Numbered from the stretch's first letter, positions 50,456 through 61,102 are shown. The stretch is 64,000 nt of DNA from Candidatus Marinacidobacterales bacterium (GCA_965226495.1 OZ245365.1:1888001-1952000); one strand, 5' to 3'. Made by a program: numbers and translations. Notes: generated by a model from the letters alone, not told the origin.

Positions 50456-53400
50456 CGTACGTGCCTCTCTGGTGCAAGACCAATGGCTCCTTCCTCGAGG
50501 GGGCGAGTCACCCGGAGGAGCTTGTCGAAGAGGCACAGCGTCTCGGCTTGCGCTCCCTCGCAGTCACCGATCGCGACGGTGTGTATGGCGTGGTGCGCGC
50601 CCATGTGAAAGCGAAAGAGATAGGTGTGCAGCTTCTCATCGGAGCGCAAGTGACGGTTGAGGACGATTCGGTCATTCTATTACTCGCTCAGAATCGTCGG
50701 GGTTACGCGAGTCTTTGCCGCCTCTTGACCGTTGGGCGACTCCGTTCGCCCAAAGGCGAGTCCTCGGTGAGTTGGGGTGAAGTTTACGAGCATCAGGACG
50801 GACTCCTTGCTCTTTGGGGAGGGGAGAGAAGTCTGTTGGTTGGGGAGCCGGATCCGGGGAGGGTTGCCGAGTCCTTACGGGAGGCTTTTGAGGATCGGCT
50901 CTACGCGATGGTAGTACGACATCGCCGTGACACCGAGGCGCCTCAAGAGGCTCGACTGCGCGAGCGTGCCGTGCGCCACAAGCTTCCTATCGTTGCCGCG
51001 GTGGAGGTGCTCTATCACACGCCCGAAAGACGGGATCTTCAAGATGTCTTGACCTGCATCCGTTACGGGTTGACGGTGCGGACGGCGGGCCGGCAAACCA
51101 AGCCGAACGCCGAGCACGCGTTGAGGACGCCTTTTTCTTTCGATCAGCTCTTCGCCGACGATCCCTCGGCGGTGACGAGGACCGAAGAGATCGCGGCGCG
51201 TTGTGATTTTTCACTGGACCAGCTTCGCTACCGTTACCCTGCCGAACGCTTACCGGATGGCACAACCTCTGCGGAATGGCTTTATCGATTAACTATGGAA
51301 GGTGCACGTCGTCGTTATCAGGGCGACGTGCCTTCCAGCGTGCTGAGGCAAGTCGAAAAAGAGCTTCGCGTTATCGAGGAGCTGGATTACTGCGGATATT
51401 TCCTGACCATGTATGAGATCGTGCAATTTTGCCGCGCAAATGAAATTTTGTGTCAGGGCCGTGGCTCGGCTGCGAACTCGGCGGTTTGCTACTGCTTAGG
51501 CATCACCGCGGTGGACCCGGTACGGATGGGGCTCTTGTTCGAACGCTTCTTGTCGAAAGATCGCAACGAGCCTCCGGACATTGATCTCGACATCATGCAT
51601 CAGAGAAGGGAAGAGGTCATCCAATTCGTTTATAACAAGTATGGTCGGGATAAGGCAGCGATGGTGGCGAATATTATCCGTTATCGGGCCCGCTCGGCGG
51701 TGCGCGACGTTGGGAAAGCTCTGGGACTTCCGGAGACCTCTCTCGACCGGCTGGCCAAGGTTCTCTCTCATTACGACGGGGTTTCCTCACAAGCGCTTCG
51801 TCATGCAGGCCTCGATCCGGAAATCCCGATCAATCAGCACTTGTTGAGACTGACTTACGAGATTCAAGACTTTCCGCGGCATTTGTCGATCCATCCGGGA
51901 GGGTTCCTTCTCGGCCACGAGCCGGTCCATGACATCGTTCCCATTGAGAATGCCACCATGGCCGACCGCACGGTGATCCAGTGGGACAAAGACGATATCG
52001 AGTCGCTGGGGCTCTTCAAAGTGGATCTCCTGGGGCTCGGTGCGCTCACTCAGCTCGACCTTTGCTTTCGCTTGCTGAAGAGACATCGAGGTATCGATCT
52101 CTCCATGGCTACTATCCGCAAGGACGATCCCGAGACTTTCGACATGATTTGTCGCGCCGAGACAGTGGGCGTCTTCCAGATAGAAAGCCGTGCGCAGATG
52201 GCGATGCTGCCCCGCCTCCGGCCGCGTCATTATTACGACCTCGTCGTCGAGGTGAGTATCGTGCGGCCCGGTCCTATCACGGGAGGGATGGTGCATCCTT
52301 ATCTTCGCCGGCGGAACGGAGAAGAGCCGGTGGAATACCCTCATCCGTCTTTGAAACCGGTGCTCGAGAAGACGCTGGGGGTGCCTCTCTTCCAGGAGCA
52401 AGTGATGCGCCTGGCGGTAGTGGCGGCTGACTACACTCCCGGTGAAGCCGATCAACTGCGACGCGACATGGCGGCGTGGCGACGCACCGGACGCATCGAG
52501 AAGCACCGCGAGCGACTGATTTCACGAATGCAGGCGAAGGGGATCAAGCCGGAGTTTGCAGAGAGGGTCTTCGAGCAGATCCGGGGTTTCGGCGAATACG
52601 GTTTTCCCGAGAGTCATGCAGCGAGCTTCGCCTTGGTCGCCTATGCCGCGGCCTATCTTTTGAGACATCATCCGGCCGAGTTCACCTGCGCTCTCCTGAA
52701 CGCTCAGCCGATGGGTTTTTATTCGCCGGCAACCATCATCGACGACGCCAAGCGGCGTGGCGTCGAGGTCCGCCCGGTGGATGTTCGTCTGAGCGACTGG
52801 GATTGCACGTTGGAGAAAATTGACCCCCTCACCCCGACCCTCTCCCCACAGGGGAGAGGGAGAAATTCGATTCCGTATGCGGTACGAATGGGACTCCGCT
52901 ACGTCAAGAGTCTCGGCGAGAGAGATTGGAAGCGTGTCGACGCCGCTCGTCGCAAACGGATTTTTGTTTCTATCGAAGACTTCGTTCGCCGGACTCGATT
53001 GAACGAGGGGGCTCTCCAAGTTTTATCCGAAGCCGGTGCCTTCGAGGGGTTCGGCAAGGTGAGAAGAGCCGCCCTCTGGGACGTACGCGGTCTGGCTCGC
53101 GAGCCTTCACCGACTCTGCCTCTCGAAAGCACAGAGGAAACTCCGGAGTTTCCGAAGCTCGACGATTTCGAGACCATCGCATGGGATTACCACGCGTCTT
53201 CACATAGCACCCGGGGGCATCCTCTGGGGCCCTTGCGAGAAGCCCTCCGTGCGCAAGGCCTACCGGATGCGGAGACGGTCTCGAAGATGAAGCACGGAAG
53301 AAAGATTCGTTACGCAGGATTGGTGATCTGCCGACAGCGCCCGGGGACTGCCTCCGGCGTCACCTTCATGACCCTAGAAGACGAGACCGGCTTCGTGAAT

Positions 53401-53580
53401 CTCGTAATTTGGACGAGAGTCTTCGAACGTTATGCGGTGCTGGTCAAGACAGCATCCTTTCTTGGCGTCACCGGCAAGCTCGAGGCCCGCGACAATGTCG
53501 TGCATCTCATCGCCGACGAGCTATGGGTGCCCAGTCTCAAAGTGCAACCAGAGCACGGGCGAAGCCGGGATTTTCACTAA
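50452..53580 (+). CDS. dnaE2: Error-prone DNA polymerase DnaE2 (ImuC)
   Basis: PHP domain ([12 protein letters not shown]), [37 protein letters not shown]-terminal SRDFH; GTG overlaps the imuB stop. Confidence 0.97.
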   Translation: MTYVPLWCKTNGSFLEGASHPEELVEEAQRLGLRSLAVTDRDGVYGVVRAHVKAKEIGVQLLIGAQVTVEDDSVILLLAQNRRGYASLCRLLTVGRLRSPKGESSVSWGEVYEHQDGLLALWGGERSLLVGEPDPGRVAESLREAFEDRLYAMVVRHRRDTEAPQEARLRERAVRHKLPIVAAVEVLYHTPERRDLQDVLTCIRYGLTVRTAGRQTKPNAEHALRTPFSFDQLFADDPSAVTRTEEIAARCDFSLDQLRYRYPAERLPDGTTSAEWLYRLTMEGARRRYQGDVPSSVLRQVEKELRVIEELDYCGYFLTMYEIVQFCRANEILCQGRGSAANSAVCYCLGITAVDPVRMGLLFERFLSKDRNEPPDIDLDIMHQRREEVIQFVYNKYGRDKAAMVANIIRYRARSAVRDVGKALGLPETSLDRLAKVLSHYDGVSSQALRHAGLDPEIPINQHLLRLTYEIQDFPRHLSIHPGGFLLGHEPVHDIVPIENATMADRTVIQWDKDDIESLGLFKVDLLGLGALTQLDLCFRLLKRHRGIDLSMATIRKDDPETFDMICRAETVGVFQIESRAQMAMLPRLRPRHYYDLVVEVSIVRPGPITGGMVHPYLRRRNGEEPVEYPHPSLKPVLEKTLGVPLFQEQVMRLAVVAADYTPGEADQLRRDMAAWRRTGRIEKHRERLISRMQAKGIKPEFAERVFEQIRGFGEYGFPESHAASFALVAYAAAYLLRHHPAEFTCALLNAQPMGFYSPATIIDDAKRRGVEVRPVDVRLSDWDCTLEKIDPLTPTLSPQGRGRNSIPYAVRMGLRYVKSLGERDWKRVDAARRKRIFVSIEDFVRRTRLNEGALQVLSEAGAFEGFGKVRRAALWDVRGLAREPSPTLPLESTEETPEFPKLDDFETIAWDYHASSHSTRGHPLGPLREALRAQGLPDAETVSKMKHGRKIRYAGLVICRQRPGTASGVTFMTLEDETGFVNLVIWTRVFERYAVLVKTASFLGVTGKLEARDNVVHLIADELWVPSLKVQPEHGRSRDFH
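52824..52860 (+). repeat. REP-like palindrome within the dnaE2 reading frame
   Basis: ccccctcaccccgaccctctccccacaggggagaggg, encoding [12 protein letters not shown]. Confidence 0.65.
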
Positions 53581-53696
53581 ATACTAAATAAGGACTCGTA
53601 CGACATCGGCGCTGCCACTCATCAGCCTATTGGGACCGTTGTGGACTCGCAGTATCCGGTTGAATTCTCGAGCCGCCTCGGTTAAACCTTCTGCCT

Positions 53697-53969
53697 ATGC
53701 GCGAGGTGCAGGCAGGCATGAAAGGGATCGTAGGCGCCTGCGTCGCGAGCATTCTGTTGACAGCGACGCTCGCAGCCCAGGAACTGTCCTCCCAATCGCG
53801 CCCCGCGGCGACGCAGCGAGGCGCGCCGCTGTATCGCAATCATTGCGCGCGCTGCCATGGGCTCCAAGGATTGGGTGGTACCGGACCGAGCCTGACTCGG
53901 CCGGTTCTGCGCCACGCCCGAAGCGATAAGGTGGAGCCCCAGCACGGCAGGAGCCGTGACTTTCACTAG
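53697..53969 (+). pseudogene. Truncated c-type cytochrome fused in frame to a copy of the dnaE2 tail
   Basis: Signal peptide, CARCHG, GPSL, then [13 protein letters not shown]. Confidence 0.7.
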
Positions 53970-54291
53970 CCGTCGGTCACGGAAATGCGACGCTCCTGCT
54001 CATCACGGGGAGCCCGAAAGCACCTCCCGCAAGAACTCTTTGACACCCTTCCCGCCCGTGAGACGAAGAAGAATAGGGCCATCACTCGAAACATCCAGCT
54101 CGAACTTTAGGAACGGACAGCATTGACGTTCGAGGCCGAGATGAACTGGAGCCCCAGCACGGCAGGAGCCGACTTTCCTAGCCGTCGGTCACGGAAATGC
54201 GACGCTCCTGCTCATCACGGGGAGCCCGAAAGCACCTCCCGCAAGAACTCTTTGACACCCTTCCCGCCCGTGAGACGAAGAAGAATAGGGC
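53932..54291. repeat. ~145-bp direct duplication (53932-54080 / 54147-54291) including a dnaE2 3'-end copy
   Basis: Direct sequence comparison; the second copy has small deletions in the SRDFH codons. Confidence 0.85.
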
Positions 54292-54681
54292 GGGTAAAGC
54301 GAATTCATAACCCGCAGGAAGCTCGCGAATCTCCTCGACTGCGGATCGCAGCTGTCCCATCAATGCTTGGTGACGCTCTTGCTGCTCGGCGTTTAACGCC
54401 TGCCGTTCGCAGGCGAAAGAGGGTTCGGCCTCGATGGCTACTTCCCCTTCATCTTGTTCTGGCGGCTCAGAGTCGGTCCGGGGATGTGCCAGCGCTCGCA
54501 CGAGGGCGAGAGCTCGCGATTGCGTGTCCTCGTCGCTTAGGAGGGCCTGACAATAGGTGCACGTGCACTCATCGAGCCGACTTTGGATTCCCGCATCCAC
54601 CCGTTCCGCAGCCCAACTGAACATACCCAAGCTCAACACTCCGAAGGCGACCAGCGCCAACCACTTCAAGCTTTGCGTCAT
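54003..54681 (-). pseudogene. Small Cys-containing putative metal-binding protein, disrupted by deletion/duplication
   Basis: N-part CTCTYC, FAC...ELPAGYEFALP; C-terminus LERQCCPFLKFEL...LRLTGGKGVKEFL found at 54003-54146. Confidence 0.6.
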
Positions 54682-54722
54682 TTCTCTCCTCCAATCTTGT
54701 CAGGAGAGGGCCGCCGTCGTTG

Positions 54723-55112
54723 CTAGATATCGAGCGCCACCAGGGCTGAGCACGGTGCCTGATCGTCTCTGCAGCGGCAGTTCTGGAGAAGCGCATTGAG
54801 CTCCTCGCGCATTGACTTCAGTAGTCCCACCTTCTCGTCGATACTTCGAATCTTCGCTTCCGCAATCGCTCGCACCTCGGCACCGCTGTGACGTTGCTCC
54901 TCCCGCAGCCGGATTAACTCCTTGATCTCCTTGAGGGTGAAACCGACTTCCTGGCTGCTTTTGATGAAACGCACCCGTCTCAACGCATCTTCCGGATAAT
55001 CTCGGTACCGCGACGCAAGTCGATTCGGCTTCCTCAGGAGCTCACGGCGCTCGTAAAACCTTATGGTCTGGACGTTGACGTTGGCCCTCGCCGCCATCTC
55101 ACCGATTCGCAT
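54723..55112 (-). CDS. MerR-family heavy-metal-responsive regulator
   Basis: MRIGEMA...TIRFYER, YRDY, GFTLKEIKEL, C-terminal CRC...C. Confidence 0.9.
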   Translation of the reverse strand: MRIGEMAARANVNVQTIRFYERRELLRKPNRLASRYRDYPEDALRRVRFIKSSQEVGFTLKEIKELIRLREEQRHSGAEVRAIAEAKIRSIDEKVGLLKSMREELNALLQNCRCRDDQAPCSALVALDI

Positions 55113-55128
55113 TTTTTCTCTCCCCCTT

Positions 55129-55160
55129 AATATGCATCCTATACCTAGGTATAGAGTCAA
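55129..55160 (-). promoter_or_regulatory. MerR-type long-spacer promoter with perfect palindromic operator
   Basis: Minus strand TTGACT, then CTATACCTAGGTATAG (55139-55154), -10-like CATATT after a 20-bp spacer. Confidence 0.75.
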
Positions 55161-55185
55161 GGACAAATTGAAGTTTTTTGGTGAT

Positions 55186-55266
55186 GTGCACTTGATCGCC
55201 GACGAGCTATGGACGCCCCCCCTCAAGGTGCAGCTTCAGCGCGGCAGGAGCCGGGACTTTCGCTAA
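55186..55266 (+). repeat. 81-bp diverged copy of the dnaE2 3' end
   Basis: Encodes [26 protein letters not shown], versus [26 protein letters not shown] at 53500-53580. Confidence 0.88.
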
Positions 55267-55285
55267 ACGATGCCGAGAGAGTGCG

Positions 55286-57434
55286 CTACTGAATGTAGCC
55301 CAGCGCGCGCAGCTGCTCCATCGTCTTAGCGTCGAGCTCGGGAGTGGTAGTTTCTGCTTCCACTTTGGGGCGGGACAGATATTTCTGGGCAATGTCCTTC
55401 AGTCGCTCGAACTCGGACAGTCGATTCGGCGATTGCTCTTGGCTCCACTCGCGGCGTCGGCGGTAGACTTGGGAACCATCGTCTCTGTCCGAGCCCAGGT
55501 CGAGAAAGGAATAGGTTCCATCCTCTCGAGTGTAGAGCTTTTTGTCGCCGCGCCACGCGGCGGTCGTGCGTTCGAGTTGATACGCGTCGCTCGAATGGCT
55601 GAAAGCCACGTCGGGGCCGCGGCGGGCGCCGGTCACCAAACCGAGCAAAGAGCGGCCGTCCATCGTGGGGGCCTGGATGTGGTTCAGTTCAAGAAGGGTC
55701 GGCAAGACGTCGACGAGTTGGACGTTTGTGGTGACGCGTCTCCCTTCGGGAAAGTGTGTCCGCCCAAAAAAGATGAGAGGGACTCGTGTCTCCGATTGCT
55801 CCAGCGTCGCACCGTGAGGCACCGTGAGGCCCTGCCGGAAGTTCTCGCCGTGATCGGAAGTGAATGCGATGAGCGCACGGTCCAGTACACCGCTGGCGCT
55901 TAGCTCGTTCATCAGAGCACCGAAGGCCTCGTCCACGTACCGGATCTCTCCGTCGTAGGCAGCAATCTCTTCGGTCGTTTGTTCGTCGTCGAACGCCGTC
56001 GCCCAGCCGTCGGGGTCTCCATAAGGAAAGGTGCGGGTCGATGAGGTGGGCGTAGAGTAGCAATGGTTCATCACGGTGGCGCTCGATAGCCGATTTCAAG
56101 CCGGCCTGCACGGCTCGGGCATCGCTCTGTGAAGAGCTGTCCAGGCTCCGATCTACGACTCGATCGAAACCGCTATGCAGGTTCGAGCTCCAACCGGCGT
56201 GCGCATTCGCGATGACACTCACCGTGACGAAGCCCGCGTCCCGGAAGAGCCGTCCCAGGCTCGGGATGCTCGTCGACAGCGCCTGGCCGTGCTCCCCGGC
56301 ACGGTGAGCATCGGGTGCCAGGCCCGTGAACAAAGAAGTGACGGACGGTTTGGTCCAAGTGGCCTGAGAGTAGCAGTTCTCGAAGAGGGTAGCGCTTCGT
56401 GCGAATGCCTCGAGGTTGGGGCTGGTTGGTCTGGAATACCCATATGCTGAAAGATGATCGGCCCTCAGTGTGTCCACGAGGTAGACGATGACGAGAGGAG
56501 CTTCCGGTGAGTGTTCGGCCACCAGAGGTGAGCCAAGGTAGTAGACCCCATCGGCTTCGTCGGTCCTCATGGTGAAGCGGAGATCGACGGAGCGGCCTCC
56601 AAAACGAGTCAGCTCGACGGTGTGATCCGCCCATGCTTCGGTGTCGATGGCCCCTCGCAACAAGGACTCCCATGTGCCGTTGGCCCGGATGTCCACATCG
56701 AGGTTCGCCGGGGCGCCCCCCGCGCGGCGGGAGGTCGAGAAATGAAGTCGGCTCCGCGCCGCGAGCTCCAAGCCAAACACGAGCTCCGTGTCTCCACCGC
56801 CAAAAACGAAGCTCGGCTGAAGTGTGTCTCCGACGACCGCATCCTCGCGTACGGGCCCAACCCGACTGTAATCGGGCTCGTACAGAAGCTCGATCTCGTG
56901 AAGCTCAAAGCCACCGGAGACGTCCATCGGTGCGAACACGAGGTGGGCAGCCGTCCGTTCGCCGCCAGATACGTTCAAAGTTCTGACGTCGATGAGGTAA
57001 ACATGCGCCTTTCCGTCCGTGAAAAGGCCGATTTTACGTTGAGGTTCCGTAGAATAGATGGAAAGAAGTTCCTCCGCCCTTTCGGCCGATCCCACGACGT
57101 TTAGCAGCAGATTCGCCGGCTCTTGTTTTGCCGGCGAGGCCGCGAGTTTCACCCTGATGTGGGCCACCGAGCTCAAGTCATAGCTTTTCTGGTTCCATAA
57201 CTTGGAGCCGCCGTGGAGAGTTCCGGTGATTGGGGTGCTACTCGTGAGGACGACCCGTGCCGACGTTCGGAGCTCGCTGCTTGCAAGGTAGGACTCGCTC
57301 CGCGTTGCGAGCTTGCGCTCGGGCAGTTTCGAATCGGCGAGATCGGTGAGGCGCGTTACCCTCGGTTTGGGGAGCTCGGGGGAACCGCAGGCGGAAAGCG
57401 ACACGATCAGCAGGATGACTACCCATCGGATCAC
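55286..57434 (-). pseudogene. Sulfatase-like hydrolase/transferase lipoprotein with frameshift at ~56030
   Basis: Lipobox LSAC, VDTLRADH, WTKPSV.SLFTG, DPH; second frame YDGEIRYVD, SDHGE, LRALGY. Confidence 0.82.
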
Positions 57435-57638
57435 GCGCCGGATTATACCGCAGTTCAAATTTGGTATAGCATAGGCTGCCGCAGGACCCATGTGTGCCTG
57501 TGACCCGAATTTACAGTCCATCCAGAACGAAACTGATGGTGGATTAGCCCACATGGGAGTGGAGTTCGGCGAGCCGGGAGCGCTGCCTTAACGGCGCGAA
57601 TCCTGAAACAAGCATCGAGACAAAAGGAGGAAAGGACA

Positions 57639-57965
57639 GTGGCAAACTACCTACTCATCCAGTCTCGTGACCCGTTCGAGTACAACGAGGTGACTCGTGA
57701 CTTTGAACTGGCCGCGAGTCTGGCCAAAGATGGCAACACGGTCACTTTATTCTTGGTTCAAAACGGGGTCCTGCCCGCCCGCAAAAACGCGAAGGGGAGC
57801 GGCCTCGAGGATGTGGTGACGAGTGGCGTCGAAGTTTTGAGCGATGAGTTCTCGCTTCGCGAGCGAGGCATTCATCACGACGATCTGGCTGCCGGAGTCA
57901 AGGCTGCCTCGTTGGATAGCGTCGTTGACCAACTGGCAGAAGGCCGCAAGGCCATCTGGTTCTGA
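57639..57965 (+). CDS. DsrE/F/H-like protein
   Basis: SRDPFE, LFLVQNGV, FSLRERGI. Confidence 0.8.
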   Translation: MANYLLIQSRDPFEYNEVTRDFELAASLAKDGNTVTLFLVQNGVLPARKNAKGSGLEDVVTSGVEVLSDEFSLRERGIHHDDLAAGVKAASLDSVVDQLAEGRKAIWF

Positions 57966-57976
57966 GGAGATAAAAC

Positions 57977-58390
57977 ATGGCTGACAGGAAAACCTTGACC
58001 TTCTCGATCATGGATGGCCCCTTTGAACAGGCGCGTACGGTAACGGTTTTTCGCCTCCTCGATATCGCTGCTCGCCGTGGCTACAACGTGCACGTCTTTG
58101 CCTACGAGGGAGCGGTGAGCCTCCCGTTTGCCAAGCAGTCAAAGCATGCGAACACAGTGCACGGTTGCGATGTCGAAGAAGAGGACCATCCTCTTTCCAA
58201 GGACTGGATCGCCGCTCTCATGAAGACCGCCCAGGAGAACGGCGGCAAGATCGACTGGATCAACTGCGGCCTCTGTGTCGACGAGCGCGGAGTCAACGAG
58301 GCCATCGAAGGCGTTCGGCGAGGCACTCCCGGTGATTTGTGGAGCTCTGCCAATGCATCCGACAACACTCTCGTCATCGGTACCCGCTAA
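57977..58390 (+). CDS. DsrE/TusD-like sulfur-carrier protein
   Basis: MDGPFE, VFAYEGAV, NCGLCVDERGV with the conserved DsrE Cys. Confidence 0.82.
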   Translation: MADRKTLTFSIMDGPFEQARTVTVFRLLDIAARRGYNVHVFAYEGAVSLPFAKQSKHANTVHGCDVEEEDHPLSKDWIAALMKTAQENGGKIDWINCGLCVDERGVNEAIEGVRRGTPGDLWSSANASDNTLVIGTR

Positions 58391-58404
58391 AAAGGAGCAA
58401 ATCC

Positions 58405-58785
58405 ATGAAAGCACTGCAAGTGATTGAATCGGCCTATCGCTGTACCGTTGAAGAGCAGGACGACCCGATCGTTTGGATCACCCATGCCATGAAGGGTGCG
58501 GGCGCCGACCTAGGCGTGCTCCTTCGCGGCAACGCCGTCAACTACGCGGTCGCGGGGCAAGATGCCTCGGGGCTCGTTTTTGGCGGGCTCGCGCAGCAAC
58601 ATCCGCCACAGATCGACCGAGACGTTAAATCGTTGACCGAGAAAGGAATCTCTGTTTACGTGGTGAAAGAAGACGCCGCTGAGCGAGGCATCGGAGAAGC
58701 GGACTTCATCGCTGGTGTGGAACACGTGTCGCGTACGAAATTAGCCAAGCTCTTTGGAGACTACGACCAAGTTTGGCACTGGTAG
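58405..58785 (+). CDS. DsrF/H-like protein
   Basis: LLRGNAVNYA, VYVVKEDAAERGI, YDQVWHW; RBS AAGGAG. Confidence 0.8.
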   Translation: MKALQVIESAYRCTVEEQDDPIVWITHAMKGAGADLGVLLRGNAVNYAVAGQDASGLVFGGLAQQHPPQIDRDVKSLTEKGISVYVVKEDAAERGIGEADFIAGVEHVSRTKLAKLFGDYDQVWHW

Positions 58786-58855
58786 AAGTTAGCGCCGGCC
58801 GATTTCGGCTCACCCTGACTCTAACCCGCATACTTCGCTACCGACGTGAGTGTGG

Positions 58856-61102
58856 CTAGAAATCGAAGAGAAAGGTGAATTTAGCGATCAACGCGCGGTC
58901 CAAGCGCGCGCCGGTGATGGCGTCGCGGCGCTCGTTGTAGACGAGGAAGAAATTGGACAGCGGCCGGTGAATCCAATTGAAACGAAGGTTGCTGCTCCAT
59001 TCCTCGAGGACGGTGTTGTATTGAATGAGGCCATTGAGAAACATGCTGTTGCTAAAGGAGTAGTTGAACTGGCTGGTCACCAAATGGGTAATGAAGCTTC
59101 CCTCCACCAAATCCACGTCATTCGTCGAAAAGATAACTTGGGCGTTGAGGCTGGCGCCCAACCTTACCGTTCCGCCGACCGTCCAATCCCGCTTAGTTCC
59201 GGAGAAGAAGTCGCCGTAGCCGGCCCGGAAGTTGCCCGAGAGCGTCCGGCTAGGGTCGGTGTAGTAGAAGGCGAAGTACTCCGTGAAGTTATAGAGACCG
59301 GCGCTGACTACTGTCGTGGGGTGGATCTCGAAGGGCTCGAGCGTGAGATCCAGGGTCTCGTTTCGGCCGACTTGGATGATGCCGCCTTTTTGGAGGTAGA
59401 ACGGAATGTGGATGTTGAAATAGCGGTTAACCAGCTGCCCCTGTTGATCGGTGAAATAGTCGAACTCAGTATGGGCATTGATCTCCCGCATCCATCCTCG
59501 CCAGAACGGCTGCCGAATATGGAATCCGAGGTACGTGCTGGAGCGCCTGACGCCGACCCGTGGGGCGAAACCAACCTCAGGATTGAAATTGTCCTGCAGG
59601 CTCGACAGGGACGTGCGCAAATTGACGAAACTCCCGTCGAAATTGAACGCGAGCCGCCCAGCTAGGTCGTTCCCCTCGAGTCCTGGTGTCTCCGTCTTCG
59701 CGATGTACCCGAGGATCTCTACCTTGGAGCCCAACCGGAAATCGGCGTCGACGCCGAAGCTTCGATTGTACTGCGGTGAATCCATGGTCGCCCGGTTGAT
59801 GAACATGGCGCCCACATTGGAGGTCGCGAAGACGTCGCGCTTGACGCGGACCACGGTGAAGTTCTCCTCGTTAACAAAGGGCTCGAGGGCATCGGTTTGA
59901 ATAGTGAGGAAACCGAGCTGGTAAGGCCCCGCCCGCCCGGTCAAGCGCGCTCCTGCGATAATGGGAATGGGCGTTCCAATCTCCGAAAGCCCAATGCGAC
60001 GGCTGAAAAACAAGAGGAGGTCGTCACCTCGTGCCTGGGCGCCGCGGATGTTGGAGCCGACCAGGAGAGCGCCGAACTGGGCGCGGGCCAACTGAACCCT
60101 CTGTTTCTCTGGCGACCCGAAGCGGAAGACCCCGGAGTTCTCGAGGAAGAACTCCCTCTTCTCGGGAAGAAAGAGGCTGAAACGTGTCAGGTTGACTTGC
60201 TGCACGTCGGCCTCGACCTGTGAGAAGTCGGTATTCACAGTCAAATCCAGCGTGAGACCGGTCCCGATTCCCAGCTTGGAATCGAGTCCGCCGTCGATGT
60301 CTGTTTGCCGGCCCGTTATCCGCCTATCGGTCAGATCCCCTTTTGCGTACGGCGTCACCTTGATGTTTCGCCCGGGTTTGGTGCCGTGAAGATTGTCCAG
60401 CGTGCCGGCCAGCGAAACGCGGGGGAGCCGGTGAATCCGCGGCAGGGGTGACCAGTAGCTCTCCTCGTTCAAGCGCCGGACTCTTCGCACGAAGTTGATC
60501 CCCCAGGTTTGAACCTGCTGGTCACGGAAATTCAAGGACTTGAACGGTATGGCTATCTCGGTGCTCCAGCCTCGTGCGCCCACGGTACTGGCCACATGCC
60601 AAACGGCATCCCAGTTCACGTTGTACTCGGCGCCCTCGTTGAAAAATTGCGCGTCGTACTTCGCCCCTCCCGGATTAGTTTGGAAGATGTATCCGTTCCG
60701 ATGGTCGAGGAACGTATCGAGGACCACGCCGAAAGCATCACCGGAGCTGATGTTGAAATCGCGTGTGATGTCATTGAGTGTGATGCTGCCCGGATCGTCA
60801 TCGAGGGCCATCACTCCCAAATAGAGAGTATCGTCGTCGTAAACGACTTTGACCAGGGTATCGAAGGTCGCGGGTTGGCCTTCGTGAGGCTCGTTTTGAA
60901 TGAATCCCGAGGCTGCGGGTGCCTCTTCCCAAACTGCCTCGTCGAGCGAACCGTCGATGACGATGGAGCTGCCTGTACGAGTTGCCGATAGTCTTCGCTC
61001 CGTCCTCTCAGCTTTCCGGCTCGTGTTCTGCTGAGCGGTGAGGATCCCTGCGAAGCTGAAAGTTATCAGGGAGTAACCTAGGAGGCATCGGGCCCTCATC
61101 AA
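58856..61102 (-). CDS. CBM9-like + DUF5916 outer-membrane protein
   Basis: IDGSLDE..W, WSTEIAIPF, LTVNTDFSQVEAD, FLPEKREFFLEN, FFSRRIG, C-terminal Phe. Confidence 0.85.
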   Translation of the reverse strand: MMRARCLLGYSLITFSFAGILTAQQNTSRKAERTERRLSATRTGSSIVIDGSLDEAVWEEAPAASGFIQNEPHEGQPATFDTLVKVVYDDDTLYLGVMALDDDPGSITLNDITRDFNISSGDAFGVVLDTFLDHRNGYIFQTNPGGAKYDAQFFNEGAEYNVNWDAVWHVASTVGARGWSTEIAIPFKSLNFRDQQVQTWGINFVRRVRRLNEESYWSPLPRIHRLPRVSLAGTLDNLHGTKPGRNIKVTPYAKGDLTDRRITGRQTDIDGGLDSKLGIGTGLTLDLTVNTDFSQVEADVQQVNLTRFSLFLPEKREFFLENSGVFRFGSPEKQRVQLARAQFGALLVGSNIRGAQARGDDLLLFFSRRIGLSEIGTPIPIIAGARLTGRAGPYQLGFLTIQTDALEPFVNEENFTVVRVKRDVFATSNVGAMFINRATMDSPQYNRSFGVDADFRLGSKVEILGYIAKTETPGLEGNDLAGRLAFNFDGSFVNLRTSLSSLQDNFNPEVGFAPRVGVRRSSTYLGFHIRQPFWRGWMREINAHTEFDYFTDQQGQLVNRYFNIHIPFYLQKGGIIQVGRNETLDLTLEPFEIHPTTVVSAGLYNFTEYFAFYYTDPSRTLSGNFRAGYGDFFSGTKRDWTVGGTVRLGASLNAQVIFSTNDVDLVEGSFITHLVTSQFNYSFSNSMFLNGLIQYNTVLEEWSSNLRFNWIHRPLSNFFLVYNERRDAITGARLDRALIAKFTFLFDF

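Noticed and set aside
53500-55266. dnaE2 tail copies as DGR template/variable repeats
   Set aside because: No reverse transcriptase in the window, and the differences are not adenine-specific.
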